DNA from: Gammaproteobacteria bacterium
GTDB lineage: Bacteria; Pseudomonadota; Gammaproteobacteria; JABABF01
DNA length: 64,000 nucleotides
Reading direction: 5' to 3'
Assembly (NCBI GenBank): GCA_965205525.1
Contig: OZ242171.1
Coordinates: forward strand, 89,993-153,992
The translations under genes were made by a program, and so were the position numbers. The notes under the pieces were generated by a model. That model worked only from the letters and a program-made list of their open reading frames with translations. It did not search any database and was not told the DNA's origin. This document shows, piece by piece, positions 35,734-46,375 of the stretch. Position 1 is the first letter of the stretch. Each line of letters begins with the position of its first letter.

Positions 35734-36164
35734 CGCCCGTCTCCGGTGCGGGCCTGCTCCTCGGCGAACCAGCTTTCCAGCACCAGGCGGGCGGCGGCAC
35801 TGTCCAGACTGCGTTTGCGGCTGCCTGCCAGCTGCTGCCGTGCTTCCTCGGTGCTCAGACGCTCGTCCATCATCTCGCAGGGAAGACGAAAGCGTTTTCC
35901 CAAGGTCCGGGCAAAGCGGCGTGCCCGGTGGGCCATCCTGCTTTCTGTGCCGTCCATATTGAGCGGCAGTCCCACCACCAGCAGTGCTGGCTGCCATTCC
36001 CGAATGAGTGCTTCTGCTGTCGCCCAATTCGGCACGCCGTGCCGGGCGGAGAGGGGGGAAAGCTCACCCGCCTGACCGGTAACCTCCTGTCCGGCTGCCA
36101 CACCGATGACAGAGAGGCCGAAATCAAAGGCCAGCACGGTGCGCGGGCGCATTGTCTCACTCAT
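35730..36164 (-). CDS. ruvX: Holliday junction resolvase-like nuclease RuvX (YqgF).
   Basis: VLAFDFGLSVIGVAAG...LVVGLPLNMDGTES matches the YqgF family pattern. Confidence 0.9.
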   Translation of the reverse strand: MSETMRPRTVLAFDFGLSVIGVAAGQEVTGQAGELSPLSARHGVPNWATAEALIREWQPALLVVGLPLNMDGTESRMAHRARRFARTLGKRFRLPCEMMDERLSTEEARQQLAGSRKRSLDSAAARLVLESWFAEEQARTGDGR

Positions 36165-37114
36165 GAGGCGGCGATTTTCTCTGCGATGCAGTCCAGCAGC
36201 TGTCCTCCGATATCCAGGTTGCAGGCCGCATCCAGCTCGCGGATGCAGGTGGGGCTGGTGATGTTGATCTCGGTCAGGTGCTCGCCGATCACATCCAGAC
36301 CGGCGAAGAGCAGGCCCCGCTCCCGCAGCTCTGCTCCCACCCGGGCGGCGATCTCTCTGTCCTTTGCGCTGAGGGGGCGCTCCTCGCCGCGCCCGCCGGC
36401 GGCCAGGTTGCCGCGAAAATCATTCTCCGCCGGTATGCGTGCCAGCAGTCGGGGCACCGGCTCGCCATTGATGAGCAGAATGCGCTTATCCCCGTCTTGA
36501 ATCTCCGGCAGATAGCGCTGCACCATGATCGGGTACAGGCCTTCTTCGCTGAGAGACTGGATGATGACATTCAGATTGGCACCGTCCTCCTGCACCCGGA
36601 ACACACCGCGCCCGCCCATGCCGTGCAGGGGTTTTAGCACGATGTCTCGGTGCGCGGCGTGAAAGTCGCGAATGTCCCTAGTGTCACAGCTGACCAGAAG
36701 CGGCGGGCAGTGCTCCGGGAAAGAGGTGATGAACAGTTTCTCGTTGCAGTCTCGCAGGCTCTGCGGTTCGTTCACCACCAGCACGTCTTCTCGCTGCATC
36801 GCTTCCAGCAGGAGGGTGGTGTAAAGGTAGGAGCGGTCCACCGGCGGGTCCAGGCGCATCAGCACCACATCCAGCTCCCTGGCCGGACGTCGCCGGCGGC
36901 GATTCTCTAGGGTGAACCATTGCAAAGGGTTGTCAAACACTTGCAGCTGCCGCGTATAGACTTCGGGCCGGTCCGCCAGAAGCAAATCCTGGCGCTCCAT
37001 GTAATGCAGCTCCCAGCCCCGGGATTGGGCTGCCAGGAGCATGGCGAGGGTGCTGTCTTTTTTGGGATTGATGGAGCCTATGGGATCCATCACCACACCG
37101 ATGCGAATACTCAT
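36161..37114 (-). CDS. gshB: Glutathione synthetase.
   Basis: The N-terminus MSIRIGVVMDPIGSINPKKDSTLAMLLAAQSRGWEL and the ATP-grasp C-terminal half match GshB. I trimmed the ORF to ATG 37114. Confidence 0.9.
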   Translation of the reverse strand: MSIRIGVVMDPIGSINPKKDSTLAMLLAAQSRGWELHYMERQDLLLADRPEVYTRQLQVFDNPLQWFTLENRRRRRPARELDVVLMRLDPPVDRSYLYTTLLLEAMQREDVLVVNEPQSLRDCNEKLFITSFPEHCPPLLVSCDTRDIRDFHAAHRDIVLKPLHGMGGRGVFRVQEDGANLNVIIQSLSEEGLYPIMVQRYLPEIQDGDKRILLINGEPVPRLLARIPAENDFRGNLAAGGRGEERPLSAKDREIAARVGAELRERGLLFAGLDVIGEHLTEINITSPTCIRELDAACNLDIGGQLLDCIAEKIAAS

Positions 37115-37199
37115 CTGCAACCCTCGGTGCTGTCCGGCGGAGCCGGAGGGCGGTTTGTGGGGTGCGCACCCTGGGGGGTGCTGCGCCCGCGCCGGGCCT

Positions 37200-38603
37200 T
37201 CATTTTTGTCTGCCGATTTTCTCGCGCGCCTGCAGAACGGCTTTTCGCACTGCCTCCGGCGCCGGGCCGCCGGGGTGCGCATGGCGATGCATGGCGCCCT
37301 CCGGATGCAGCAGTTTGAGCACGTCTTCGTCAATTTCTGCGCTGAAAATTTGCAGCTCTTCCAGGCTGAGCTCCGGCAATTGCTTGCCCTCTGCAATGGC
37401 CTTTGCCACCGCCTGTCCGGTAATTTCGTGGGCATCCCGGAAGGGCACGCCCTTTGTCACCAGGTAGTCTGCCAGCTCGGTGGCGGTGGCATAGCCCTGC
37501 TCCACGGCCTCGCGCATTGCATCCCGGTTTATCTGCAGAGCCCCCAGCAGTCCTCGCAGAACGCCAAGGCAGCCCCGCAGGGTGTCAACACTATCAAACA
37601 GCGGCTCCTTGTCCTCCTGGTTGTCCCGGTTATAGGCTAGGGGCTGTCCCTTCAGAAGAGTCAGCAGTGCCACCAGGTCACCCAGCACACGCCCGGCCTT
37701 GCCCCGAATCAGCTCCGGCACATCCGGGTTTTTTTTCTGCGGCATGATGGAGGAGCCGGTGCAGAAGCGATCCGGCAGTTCAACAAAACCAAACCGGGGC
37801 GAGCACCACAGCACCAGCTCTTCGCCCATGCGCGATAAGTGCACCATCAGCAGTGCCGCCGTCGCCACGAATTCCACGGCGAAATCCCGATCGCTCACCG
37901 CATCCAGCGAGTTTTCAAAAGCCCTTTCAAAGCCCAGCAGCTCTGCGGTGAAAGCCGGGTCCACCGGATGGGAGCTGCCCGCTAGGGCGGCAGCGCCCAA
38001 GGGCGAGACGTTGATGCGCTTTCGGCAGTCCGCCAGCCGCTCCCGGTCCCGCTCCAGCATTGCATTCCAGGCCAGCATGTGGTGACCAAAACTTATCGGC
38101 TGGGCTACCTGCAAGTGCGTGTAGCCGGGCATGACCGTCTCTGCCTCCTGCTCGGCCAAGTTCAGCAGCACCTCCTGCACCTCCCGTACCAGGCCGCTGA
38201 TTTCATCGCTCGCTTCCCGCAGATAAAGCCGCATATCCACGGCCACCTGGTCGTTGCGTGAGCGGGCCGTGTGCAGCTTTTTACCGGTCTCCCCGATGCG
38301 CTCCACCAGTGCGGATTCAATGTTCATATGAACATCTTCCAGCTCTGGGCGCCAAGTGAAGCTGCCGCTTTCAATCTCCTCGCGGATCTGCTGCAGACCG
38401 CTCTGAATCTGCTGGTGCTCCTCCGTGCTCAGCAGGCCCACCCGGTGCAGCATCTCGGCATGGGCCAGGGAGCCCCGAATGTCCTGCCGGTACAGGCGCC
38501 GGTCCAGGTGCACCGAGGCGGTGAACGCTTCCACCGCGCTGTCGGTCTCTTCGCCGAAGCGACCGCCCCAGGGCTTGGTGCCGCTTTTCGCCTTGCCTTT
38601 CAT
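37200..38603 (-). CDS. argH: Argininosuccinate lyase.
   Basis: It has [21 protein letters not shown] and the fumarate-lyase signature [13 protein letters not shown] trimmed the ORF to ATG 38603. Confidence 0.92.
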   Translation of the reverse strand: MKGKAKSGTKPWGGRFGEETDSAVEAFTASVHLDRRLYRQDIRGSLAHAEMLHRVGLLSTEEHQQIQSGLQQIREEIESGSFTWRPELEDVHMNIESALVERIGETGKKLHTARSRNDQVAVDMRLYLREASDEISGLVREVQEVLLNLAEQEAETVMPGYTHLQVAQPISFGHHMLAWNAMLERDRERLADCRKRINVSPLGAAALAGSSHPVDPAFTAELLGFERAFENSLDAVSDRDFAVEFVATAALLMVHLSRMGEELVLWCSPRFGFVELPDRFCTGSSIMPQKKNPDVPELIRGKAGRVLGDLVALLTLLKGQPLAYNRDNQEDKEPLFDSVDTLRGCLGVLRGLLGALQINRDAMREAVEQGYATATELADYLVTKGVPFRDAHEITGQAVAKAIAEGKQLPELSLEELQIFSAEIDEDVLKLLHPEGAMHRHAHPGGPAPEAVRKAVLQAREKIGRQK

Positions 38604-38896
38604 CAGGATATAAAAACACAGAGAATAGCCGCGGATTATAGCCTTAGCTTCCCGCAATGCCCTGTGACAGCGAGCTCCGATGTGACAGTGCGGATAACGG
38701 TGCGGTGATTGCAGGCAGACATGCAACCGCTTATCCGGCGTAATTCATGGCAGCGGGTTCCGGCAGAGATTGGGTGATATGGGGCTGGGGAGAGACGATG
38801 GTCAAAAGCGGGCAGGAGAGTGAATGGCGTATGCTTAAAAGAGATGAAAGACCGCCTGCTGCTCGCCTATTTTGTGTTTTCCTGTAAATATTCTGC

Positions 38897-39835
38897 TTGT
38901 CTCCAGTGCCGACACTTCGCCTAGCCACCCGCAGCAGCACTTTGGCCCTGTGCCAGGCGGAGCTGGTGCGGAGCTCACTGCTGGCGGCGCATCCCGGTCT
39001 GTCGGTGGAGCTGGTGCCGTTGATGACTAGCGGTGACCGGGCCAAGGGGACTTCCCTGGCGGCGCTTGGCGGCAAGGGGCTGTTCGTCAAGGAGCTGGAG
39101 CAGGCGCTCCTGGAGGGACATGCCGACCTCGCCGTGCATTCCATGAAGGATGTGCCCTCTGACTTGCCTCCTCCCTTTGCCATCGGTGCCGTCCTTGAGC
39201 GCGGCGATGTGCGAGATGCGGTGCTCTCTCGGGAGGGAACCGGTCTCGCCGAGCTGCCGGACGGGGCCCGGGTGGCCTCCTCCAGCCTGCGTCGTCAATG
39301 CCAGCTGCTGGCTGTGCGGCCGAAGCTCCGCTGGCAGCCGATGCGCGGCAATGTGCCCACCCGCCTGGCGAAGCTGGAGCAGGGCGAGTGCGATGTGCTG
39401 GTGCTGGCTGTCATCGGTCTGCAGCGTCTTCAGCGGATGGAGTGTGTCACCGAGTGCATAGAGCCCTCTGTCTGCCTGCCGGCAGCAGGGCAGGGTGCTC
39501 TGGCGATTGAAATTCTGCAGGACAGCGAGCAGGCGCAGGCTTGGGCCGCTCCTCTTCACCATGAACCTGCGGGCACCTGCGTGACGGCAGAGCGAGCCCT
39601 GTGCCGGCATCTCGGTGCGGACTGCGAAGCCCCTCTGGGGGCCCTTGCCGAAATCCTTCCGGAGGGGGGCCTCCGGCTGCGGGCAGCGGTCGGCAGTCCG
39701 GACGGCCGCCGCCTGCTGCGGGCCGAGCAGCGGGGGGCGGCGACGTCACCTGAGCGCTTAGGCTGTGAGCTCGCGCAGGAATTGTTGGAAAATGGGGCTG
39801 GAGATTTTCCCGGCATCAGAGGCGTGCAGACATGA
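38897..39835 (+). CDS. hemC: Hydroxymethylbilane synthase (porphobilinogen deaminase).
   Basis: LRLATRSSTLALCQAE..., TSGDR and GKGLFVKELE are HemC motifs. The start is TTG at 38897; the exact start is uncertain. Confidence 0.9.
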   Translation: MSPVPTLRLATRSSTLALCQAELVRSSLLAAHPGLSVELVPLMTSGDRAKGTSLAALGGKGLFVKELEQALLEGHADLAVHSMKDVPSDLPPPFAIGAVLERGDVRDAVLSREGTGLAELPDGARVASSSLRRQCQLLAVRPKLRWQPMRGNVPTRLAKLEQGECDVLVLAVIGLQRLQRMECVTECIEPSVCLPAAGQGALAIEILQDSEQAQAWAAPLHHEPAGTCVTAERALCRHLGADCEAPLGALAEILPEGGLRLRAAVGSPDGRRLLRAEQRGAATSPERLGCELAQELLENGAGDFPGIRGVQT

Positions 39836-40611
39836 CAGAAGCCGAAGAGACGCTACACGGGCGCTGTGTGCTAGTCACTCGGCCCGCGGACCAGGCAGAA
39901 AAATTAATTGCCCTGATCAAAACTCGGGGGGGAGATGCAATACATATCCCGGCCTTGGCTGTTGAGTCCCTGGAGCCGGATTCCCTGATTCCTGCCATCG
40001 CCCTGATGCGGCAGCTGCACACTTTCCAGCACGTGGTGTTTATCAGTTTCAATGCCGTGCGCTTCGGCTTGGACTTGATCAGAAAACATCGCGGTGACCT
40101 GTCCGGCATGCCCTCCTGCTATGCCGTGGGTCCCGTCACTGCCGCCGCCCTGCGGGAGGCAGACATTGAGGTGACAGTGCCGTCTGGCGCTGCGGGCAGC
40201 GAGGAACTGGCGGCACTGTCGTCGCTGCAGTCACTGGAGGGGCAGCGGGTCCTGATATTCCGCGGCATCAATGGTCGCGAAGACTTGGCAGAGACACTGG
40301 GCGAAAAGGGTGCAGAAGTGCGCTATTGCGAGGTATACCGCCGCACTTGTCCGAAAAATAGCGGCCCGCTGCTGCGCGCTGCGCTGCAGGAGGGACAGGT
40401 GGATGCAGTCATCGCCGCTAGCATTGAAACCTTGAACAATCTCCTGGTGCTGGCGGGCGGCGAGGCGGATACGCTGCGCAGCCTGCCTATATGCGTGTTC
40501 GGCGAGCGCATGGCGGTCCGGGCGAGACAGAGCCGCTGCACTCGGGTCATACAGGCACAAAGCGGTGACAGCGAAGCCATGGTGGATGTGCTGGCGACGG
40601 CCTTGGCGTGA
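39832..40611 (+). CDS. hemD: Uroporphyrinogen-III synthase.
   Basis: Its ATG overlaps the hemC stop. The length (259 aa) and the motif pattern (VLVTRP...; FISFNAV) fit HemD. Confidence 0.8.
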   Translation: MTEAEETLHGRCVLVTRPADQAEKLIALIKTRGGDAIHIPALAVESLEPDSLIPAIALMRQLHTFQHVVFISFNAVRFGLDLIRKHRGDLSGMPSCYAVGPVTAAALREADIEVTVPSGAAGSEELAALSSLQSLEGQRVLIFRGINGREDLAETLGEKGAEVRYCEVYRRTCPKNSGPLLRAALQEGQVDAVIAASIETLNNLLVLAGGEADTLRSLPICVFGERMAVRARQSRCTRVIQAQSGDSEAMVDVLATALA

Positions 40612-40748
40612 AGTTGACGGGCGCAGGTTTCAAGCCTGATCGAAGTACTGTTCACCGGTGAGCGGGCGTGCCCGCAAGCCGATCGGCGTATAAGTCCGTT
40701 TTATTTTTATTCTCCCCGCCGGACGGCACGCTGGTCGCGCCGGATTTT

Positions 40749-41480
40749 TTATTGGGCACAGCCGTCCCCCCACAGGTATTGCAGCACGGTCAGTGCCGCC
40801 GCCGGCGCTGTCTCTGCCCGGAGTGTTCGCGGGCAGAGAGACCAGCCGTAAAAACCGCGATCTTTTGCCAATGCGATTTCTTGATTGCTGAACCCCCCTT
40901 CCGGGCCGCTTAGGAGAGCGCAGGAGCCGGGGCGGTCAGCGGGCAGGCTGCGGCTGGCATCCTGATGCAGCAGAAGCAGGCAATCTGACTGCACCTGGGC
41001 GACCCACTCTGTGAATTCTTGCGGCGCGTGCAGCAGCGGCAGCGCGGTGCGCCCGCTCTGCTCACAGGCGTGAATTATGATCTGCTGCCAGCGGTTCATG
41101 TGCCGCTCCTGCCGCCTTCCCAGAATCTTTACTTCAGAGCGCTCGCTTGAGAGGGGCGTGATTTCGTGCACACCGGTTTCCACCGCTTTTTGCACGGCCC
41201 AGTCCATGCGTTCGCCGCGGCTGAGAGCGAGTCCGAGGTGAGTGTGCAGGGAAGATTCCCGGTCTTCCTCTCTGTGCTCCCCCACCTTGACGACCGCTCG
41301 ATTCCGACCGAAAGAGACAAGATGCCCGCGATGCTCGCCGCCGCGGCCATCAAACAGCAGAACTTCAGCGCCCGCTGTCAGGCGCAGCACTCGGCTGAGC
41401 CGGTGCGCGGCTTCTACCTCCAAGGTGATGTTTTCACCAAGCTGCAGTGGCGCGCCGATATACAGACGGGGAATGCGCAC
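40749..41480 (-). CDS. rsmE: 16S rRNA (uracil1498-N3)-methyltransferase RsmE.
   Basis: The N-terminus VRIPRLYI is typical of RsmE, and there is a C-terminal GPEGGFS motif. The GTG start at 41480 avoids overlap with metF. Confidence 0.85.
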   Translation of the reverse strand: MRIPRLYIGAPLQLGENITLEVEAAHRLSRVLRLTAGAEVLLFDGRGGEHRGHLVSFGRNRAVVKVGEHREEDRESSLHTHLGLALSRGERMDWAVQKAVETGVHEITPLSSERSEVKILGRRQERHMNRWQQIIIHACEQSGRTALPLLHAPQEFTEWVAQVQSDCLLLLHQDASRSLPADRPGSCALLSGPEGGFSNQEIALAKDRGFYGWSLCPRTLRAETAPAAALTVLQYLWGDGCAQ

Positions 41481-41496
41481 AGCCTGCAAAATGCTC

Positions 41497-42330
41497 TCAG
41501 GATAGGCCCTGCAGCGCCTGCCAAATAGCACTCACAGGCTCGGACTGGTTCAGCGTGTAGAAGTGCAGTCCCGGCGCTCCCCCCTGCAAGAGACGGCTGC
41601 ACAGGGCGGTGACGAACTCAATGCCGAAACGCCGCAGTTCCTCCTCCGAGGCGCAGTCATCCAGGCTGCGGTTCAGCCAGCGCGGGATCTCTGCACCGCA
41701 CTTCGCCGCAAAGCGGCGCAGACCGTCCAAGCTGGTGATCGGCATAATGCCGGGATAGATGGGCTGGTGAATGCCCGCGGCACGGCAGCGTTCTGAGAAA
41801 TAAAAATAAGCGTCGGCGTTGTAGAAGAACTGGGTGATGGCATTGTTTGCACCCGCATCCAGCTTCTCCTTGAGGAAAGCGATATCGCGGCGGTAGCTCT
41901 GCCCCTCCGGGTGCACCTCCGGGTAGGCGGCCACTTCAATTTCAAAATGATCTCCGCTGTGCTTGCGGATGAAAGTGATCATCTCAGCCGCCCGGCGCGG
42001 GTGGGGGGATGCGCCTTCCGGAGCATCGCCGCGCAGGGCGACGATGCGGCGAATGCCTGCTTTTTGGTAGATGTCCAGCAGCTCCGAAATGCGCCGGTCA
42101 TCATTGCCGCCGAAGGACAGGTGCGGTGCGACGGGAATCTTCCCGGCCTGAAGTGAGAGGGCCAAGTCCCGGGTGCCGTCCCGGGTTGAGCCGCCGGCCC
42201 CATAGGTGATGGAAAAGAAATCTGGGTTCAGGGCGGCGAGGGCTTCTCGGGTTGCAGCGAGCTTTTCTTGTCCTTTTGCCTCTCGGGGCGGAAAGAACTC
42301 AAAGCTCAGGCGTGGCTGCTGCTCACTCAT
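41497..42330 (-). CDS. metF: Methylenetetrahydrofolate reductase.
   Basis: LSFEFFPPR, SITYGAGGSTR and HFYTLN are MetF motifs. Confidence 0.92.
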   Translation of the reverse strand: MSEQQPRLSFEFFPPREAKGQEKLAATREALAALNPDFFSITYGAGGSTRDGTRDLALSLQAGKIPVAPHLSFGGNDDRRISELLDIYQKAGIRRIVALRGDAPEGASPHPRRAAEMITFIRKHSGDHFEIEVAAYPEVHPEGQSYRRDIAFLKEKLDAGANNAITQFFYNADAYFYFSERCRAAGIHQPIYPGIMPITSLDGLRRFAAKCGAEIPRWLNRSLDDCASEEELRRFGIEFVTALCSRLLQGGAPGLHFYTLNQSEPVSAIWQALQGLS

Positions 42331-42347
42331 GGCGGTGCCTGTCCCTG

Positions 42348-43742
42348 TCAGTACTTGTAGCTGTCCCTTTTAAAGGGGCCTTCTACCGGGATATGCAGAT
42401 ACGCGGATTGCTCCCCGGTCATCTGCGTCAGTACGCCGTCAAAACCGGCCACCATGTACCTGGCCACCTCTTCGTCCAGCCGCTTGGGCAGCACTTCTAC
42501 CAAGAGCAGGGACTGCTGCTCGTCGGGTGTGCAATTGGCGAACTGTTGCTGGTACAGGTGAATCTGCGCCAGCACCTGGTTGGCGAAGGAGCCATCCATG
42601 ATGCGCGAGGGATGCCCGGTGGCATTGCCGAGATTGACCAGCCGACCCTCGGACAGCAGCAGCAGGGAATCCTTTTGCACACGATTCCGATAGACCCTGT
42701 GCACTTGCGGCTTGATCTCCTCCCACTCCCAGGCTTCCCGCAGGAAGGCGATGTCAATCTCATTGTCAAAGTGGCCGATGTTGCACACCACAGCGCCGCT
42801 TTTCAGCGCAGCCAGCATGTGCCGGTCGCAGACGTTGATATTGCCGGTGGCGCTGACCAGCAGGTCGGTGCCGGCGAGCAGGGGCCGGTTGAGATCTTCC
42901 GGGCGGCCGGTGTTCTGTCCATCTATGTACGGGGATACCACTTCGTAGCCGTCCATGCATGCCTGCAGTGCGCAGATGGGGTCCGCTTCGGTCACGCGCA
43001 CGATCATGCCCTCTTGGCGGAGAGACTGCGCCGAGCCTTTGCCCACATCCCCGTAGCCCAGCACCAGCGCTTTTTTGCCGGCGAGCAGGTGGTCTGTGGC
43101 GCGCTTGATGGCATCGTTCAGCCCGTGACGGCAGCCGTAGCGGTTGTCATTCTTGGACTTGGTAACCGAGTCATTGACATTGACCGCCGGCACTCGCAGG
43201 GTGCCCTTCTCCAGCATTTCCTGCAGCCGGTGCACCCCGGTGGTGGTCTCCTCGCTGATGCCGTGCAGATCTGCCAGCACCTCCGGGTGCTTGTCATGCA
43301 GCACTGCGGTCAGATCGCCGCCATCGTCCAGCGCCATGTTGGCGCCCCAGGGCTTCCCGTCTTTGAGAATGGTCTGCTCAATGCACCACCAGTATTCCTC
43401 TTCGCTCTCCCCTTTCCAGGCGAATACCGGGATGCCCTGGGCGGCGATGGCCGCCGCCGCATGATCCTGGGTGGAAAAAATATTGCAGGAGGACCAGCGC
43501 ACCTCGGCACCCAGCGCCGTCAGCGTTTCAATAAGAACCGCTGTCTGGATAGTCATGTGAATGCAGCCCATGATGCGCGCCCCCGCCAGCGGCTGCTGTG
43601 CGCTGTACTTGGCGCGGATGGCCATCAGGGCCGGCATTTCGTTTTCGGCGATCTCCATTTCTCGCCGACCCCATTCTGCCAGTGCCAAATCGGCGACGCG
43701 AAAATCTTCGCCGGTGCTTGCAGTTCTTAGCTTGGTGCTCAT
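42348..43742 (-). CDS. ahcY: Adenosylhomocysteinase.
   Basis: [44 protein letters not shown] and [10 protein letters not shown] match AhcY. Confidence 0.95.
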   Translation of the reverse strand: MSTKLRTASTGEDFRVADLALAEWGRREMEIAENEMPALMAIRAKYSAQQPLAGARIMGCIHMTIQTAVLIETLTALGAEVRWSSCNIFSTQDHAAAAIAAQGIPVFAWKGESEEEYWWCIEQTILKDGKPWGANMALDDGGDLTAVLHDKHPEVLADLHGISEETTTGVHRLQEMLEKGTLRVPAVNVNDSVTKSKNDNRYGCRHGLNDAIKRATDHLLAGKKALVLGYGDVGKGSAQSLRQEGMIVRVTEADPICALQACMDGYEVVSPYIDGQNTGRPEDLNRPLLAGTDLLVSATGNINVCDRHMLAALKSGAVVCNIGHFDNEIDIAFLREAWEWEEIKPQVHRVYRNRVQKDSLLLLSEGRLVNLGNATGHPSRIMDGSFANQVLAQIHLYQQQFANCTPDEQQSLLLVEVLPKRLDEEVARYMVAGFDGVLTQMTGEQSAYLHIPVEGPFKRDSYKY

Positions 43743-43772
43743 GTCATGCGCCTTTGTGCGTGCGGGTCATAC

Positions 43773-45002
43773 TTACAGGCCGACGGCCGCCCTGAGAGCC
43801 TTGGCCCGATCGGTGCGCTCCCAGCTGAAACTTTCTTCGGTGCGGCCGAAATGACCGTAGACGCTAGAAGGGCGGTAGATCGGCCGTTCCAGCTGCAGCA
43901 TCTTGATCAGTCCCCAGGGGCTCAGATCAAAGTGCTCGCGGATCAATTCCGCCACTTTTTCATCCGGCAGAACGCCGGTATCAAAGCAGTTGGCGGCAAT
44001 GGAGACAGGCTCGGGAACGCCGATGGCGTAGGACACCTGAACCTCGCACTTTCGGGCTATGCCGGCCGCGACAATATTCTTCGCCACATAGCGGGCCGCA
44101 TAGGCGGCAGAGCGGTCCACCTTGGAGGGATCTTTGCCGGAAAAGGCGCCGCCCCCGTGCCGGGCAGCGCCGCCGTAGGTGTCTACGATGATCTTGCGGC
44201 CGGTGAGACCGCAGTCTGCGACCGGACCGCCGCTGGTAAACCGCCCCGCCGGGTTGATATGACAGGCGGTGTCGGCATGCAGCCATTGCGCGGGCAGGAC
44301 GGCGCGAATAATTTTTTCCATCACCGCCTCCCGGATGGCCTTCTGTCCGATTTCTGCGCTGTGCTGTGTGGACAGCACTACCGCATCAATGGCAACCGGC
44401 CGCCCTTGGTTGTCGTAGCGCATGGTGACCTGGCTTTTGGCATCGGGGCCTAGCCAGGATAGATCCTTGTCTTCCCGTCTGAGCTCGGCCTGGCGTCGCA
44501 CCAGGCGGTGGGCGTAGGCGATGGGGGCCGGCATCAGCAGGGGGGCCACCTCCGGATCAATGTCCGCCGACACCTCATCGCTGGCGTAGCCGAACATCAT
44601 GCCTTGATCTCCGGCACCCTGTTTTCGCCTATCTGCATCCGTTTCTGTTTTTTGTGCGCCGTCCACTCCGAGGGCGATGTCGGAAGATTGCCGGCCCAAG
44701 GCTACCAGCACTCTGCATTTGCTGCCGTCTAAGCCCATTTCTTCTCTGTCGTAGCCGGCGCCTGTCACCACATCGCGCACGATCCTGCGGGTGTCCGGCA
44801 TTTCGTCTTCGGCAATGTTGCCGATCTCGCCAGCCACGACGACGAGATCATCCTTAATCAGGGCTTCCACCGCCACCCGTGCGCGGGATTGTCTGCTGAG
44901 CAGGGCATCTAGCATCGCATCGGACACCTGGTCCGCCAGTTTGTCAGGGTGTCCCTCGGATACTGATTCCGAAGTAAAAGTGCGATATTCGCTCATCGTC
45001 AT
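43773..45002 (-). CDS. metK: S-adenosylmethionine synthetase.
   Basis: [17 protein letters not shown] and [19 protein letters not shown] are MetK motifs. A GAGG lies 5 nt upstream of ATG 45002; ATG 44996 is an alternative start. Confidence 0.95.
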   Translation of the reverse strand: MTMSEYRTFTSESVSEGHPDKLADQVSDAMLDALLSRQSRARVAVEALIKDDLVVVAGEIGNIAEDEMPDTRRIVRDVVTGAGYDREEMGLDGSKCRVLVALGRQSSDIALGVDGAQKTETDADRRKQGAGDQGMMFGYASDEVSADIDPEVAPLLMPAPIAYAHRLVRRQAELRREDKDLSWLGPDAKSQVTMRYDNQGRPVAIDAVVLSTQHSAEIGQKAIREAVMEKIIRAVLPAQWLHADTACHINPAGRFTSGGPVADCGLTGRKIIVDTYGGAARHGGGAFSGKDPSKVDRSAAYAARYVAKNIVAAGIARKCEVQVSYAIGVPEPVSIAANCFDTGVLPDEKVAELIREHFDLSPWGLIKMLQLERPIYRPSSVYGHFGRTEESFSWERTDRAKALRAAVGL

Positions 45003-45009
45003 ATTCGCC

Positions 45010-46023
45010 TCACACACTCTTGGCAAACTCTCGGACCTGCACGCAGAAGCCATTGCGCAGTGAAAGGTACATGCTGCGCCCCGGCTTCAGTCCCGCTTCG
45101 GCTGCCCAGCCATCCAGCTCCTCCGGTGCAAAGCCCAGCCACAGGTCGCCGCAGGCGCCTTGCACCCAGGGCTGATCATGGCGGCAGAGATCGGTGACCA
45201 GCAGCACGCCCCCCGGGACCAGCGTCCTTGCCGCATCGGCCATCACTTGGGAGGGGGAGGGGGTATGGTGCAGCACCATGCTGGCTGTCGCGCAGTTGGC
45301 GCTGAGCCCCCTGAGAGACCGATGGCTGGTGTCGCCGAGCACAAACTTTATATTGCCGCTGCCCGCTTCCCGGGCCGTGGCCTTGGACTTCTCCAGCATC
45401 TCGCGGGAGCTGTCCAGCGCGATTACCGAGCGGAAGCGCTCTGCCAATATCGGCAGGAAAGCGCCGTCGCCGGGGCCGATCTCCAGGGCGCAGCGGCGCT
45501 GCTGGGCGGGGACGCAGGTATCTAGCATTTTGATGATCGCCTCCGCGTACTGGGGATATTCGGCAATCAGATCCTGCCGTTCCCGAAAGCGACAGCTGTT
45601 GGCAGCGAAAAAACGCCGGGAAGCGGCGGCTCGGGCCCCCTGAACACTTTGCAGCCGCCGCTGAATTGCAGGGGGCAGGCTCGCTTTGTCCACGGCTGAA
45701 AATAAGGCTGCCTGCGCATCCTCTAGGGATTCCTCCAAGGCGGCGTGGGTGCGGCGATAAAAAATGGAAGTGCCCTCCCGACGTCCCTCAACCAGGCCGG
45801 CCAAAGACAGCACTTTCAGGTGGTGGCTCATGCCAGGCTGGCGCATTTCAAAGATTTGGCATAGCTCCAGTACCCCGAAAGCATTGCGCTGCAAGACCCG
45901 GAGGATCTGCAGCCGCAGCGGCTCGCTGCCGGCTTTGCACATTTCGGACAGCGCTCTCAGCTGCCCCCCGCTGTCGGCGGCGGCGGCTGAAGTATTGCGT
46001 ATCTTTACGGCAGCTTTGCCCAT
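45010..46023 (-). CDS. sahR: ArsR-family winged-helix regulator fused to a SAM-methyltransferase-like sensor domain (SahR-type regulator of the SAM cycle).
   Basis: The ArsR wHTH is [43 protein letters not shown]. Methyltransferase motif I is [11 protein letters not shown]. It is the first gene of a metK-ahcY-metF operon. A palindromic operator lies upstream at 46073-46094. Confidence 0.75.
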   Translation of the reverse strand: MGKAAVKIRNTSAAAADSGGQLRALSEMCKAGSEPLRLQILRVLQRNAFGVLELCQIFEMRQPGMSHHLKVLSLAGLVEGRREGTSIFYRRTHAALEESLEDAQAALFSAVDKASLPPAIQRRLQSVQGARAAASRRFFAANSCRFRERQDLIAEYPQYAEAIIKMLDTCVPAQQRRCALEIGPGDGAFLPILAERFRSVIALDSSREMLEKSKATAREAGSGNIKFVLGDTSHRSLRGLSANCATASMVLHHTPSPSQVMADAARTLVPGGVLLVTDLCRHDQPWVQGACGDLWLGFAPEELDGWAAEAGLKPGRSMYLSLRNGFCVQVREFAKSV

Positions 46024-46072
46024 GCTCTCTGTGAGTGGCCCGAGCAGGCCTCTTTGAAATTGAAGGGTGCAC

Positions 46073-46094
46073 TATATCAAAAATTACTGATATA
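46073..46094. promoter_or_regulatory. Palindromic operator candidate (TATATCA-N8-TGATATA) for the ArsR/SahR-type regulator.
   Basis: The perfect 7-bp inverted repeat was read directly from the sequence. It lies 50-70 nt upstream of the sahR start, in an AT-rich patch. A third half-site, ATATCA, overlaps at 46091-46096. Confidence 0.6.
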
Positions 46095-46375
46095 TCAATA
46101 ATTCCCCTGCCCGATAATCTCCCGACGGGCGACTTGTCTCCCTGCTTGGCTGATTGAGGCTTGCCTGTCTTATGAAGGGGGCAGAAAGCCTGCCTGCCCT
46201 GCCGGGCATTCGCCGACTGTCGCCCACTCCCGGACGGCGGCAGCGGAGCATGTACCTGTTTTCCGCCGCGTATTTACCGGCTGTCCGGCCCGTGCTGGTA
46301 CCGGGTGGAGGGGTTTTATAGTCTGTACAATAGTCTGTCTTTTCCGAGTATCTACATCGGTATAGCTTGCTGCCA

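Noticed and set aside
40612-40748. Possible terminators or a missing hemX/hemY downstream of hemD.
   Set aside because: Only a short GCGGGC-GT-GCCCGC hairpin without a U-tract is visible, and no ORF with a HemX or HemY-like membrane or TPR pattern fits in 137 nt. The absence of hemXY is noted, but it is not unusual enough to report.
43743-43772. SAH riboswitch upstream of ahcY.
   Set aside because: The metK-ahcY spacer is only 30 nt, too short for the riboswitch. Regulation is better explained by the SahR-type regulator and operator.
28696-46072. Long ORFs antisense to or overlapping recognised housekeeping genes, for example 28696-29154(+), 33358-34698(+), 35703-36500(+), 42252-43730(+) and 43746-44453(+).
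   Set aside because: Each lies opposite a gene with unmistakable family motifs (tRNA, proC, ruvX/gshB, ahcY, metK) and shows low-complexity Arg/Gly/Ala composition. These are GC-rich shadow ORFs.
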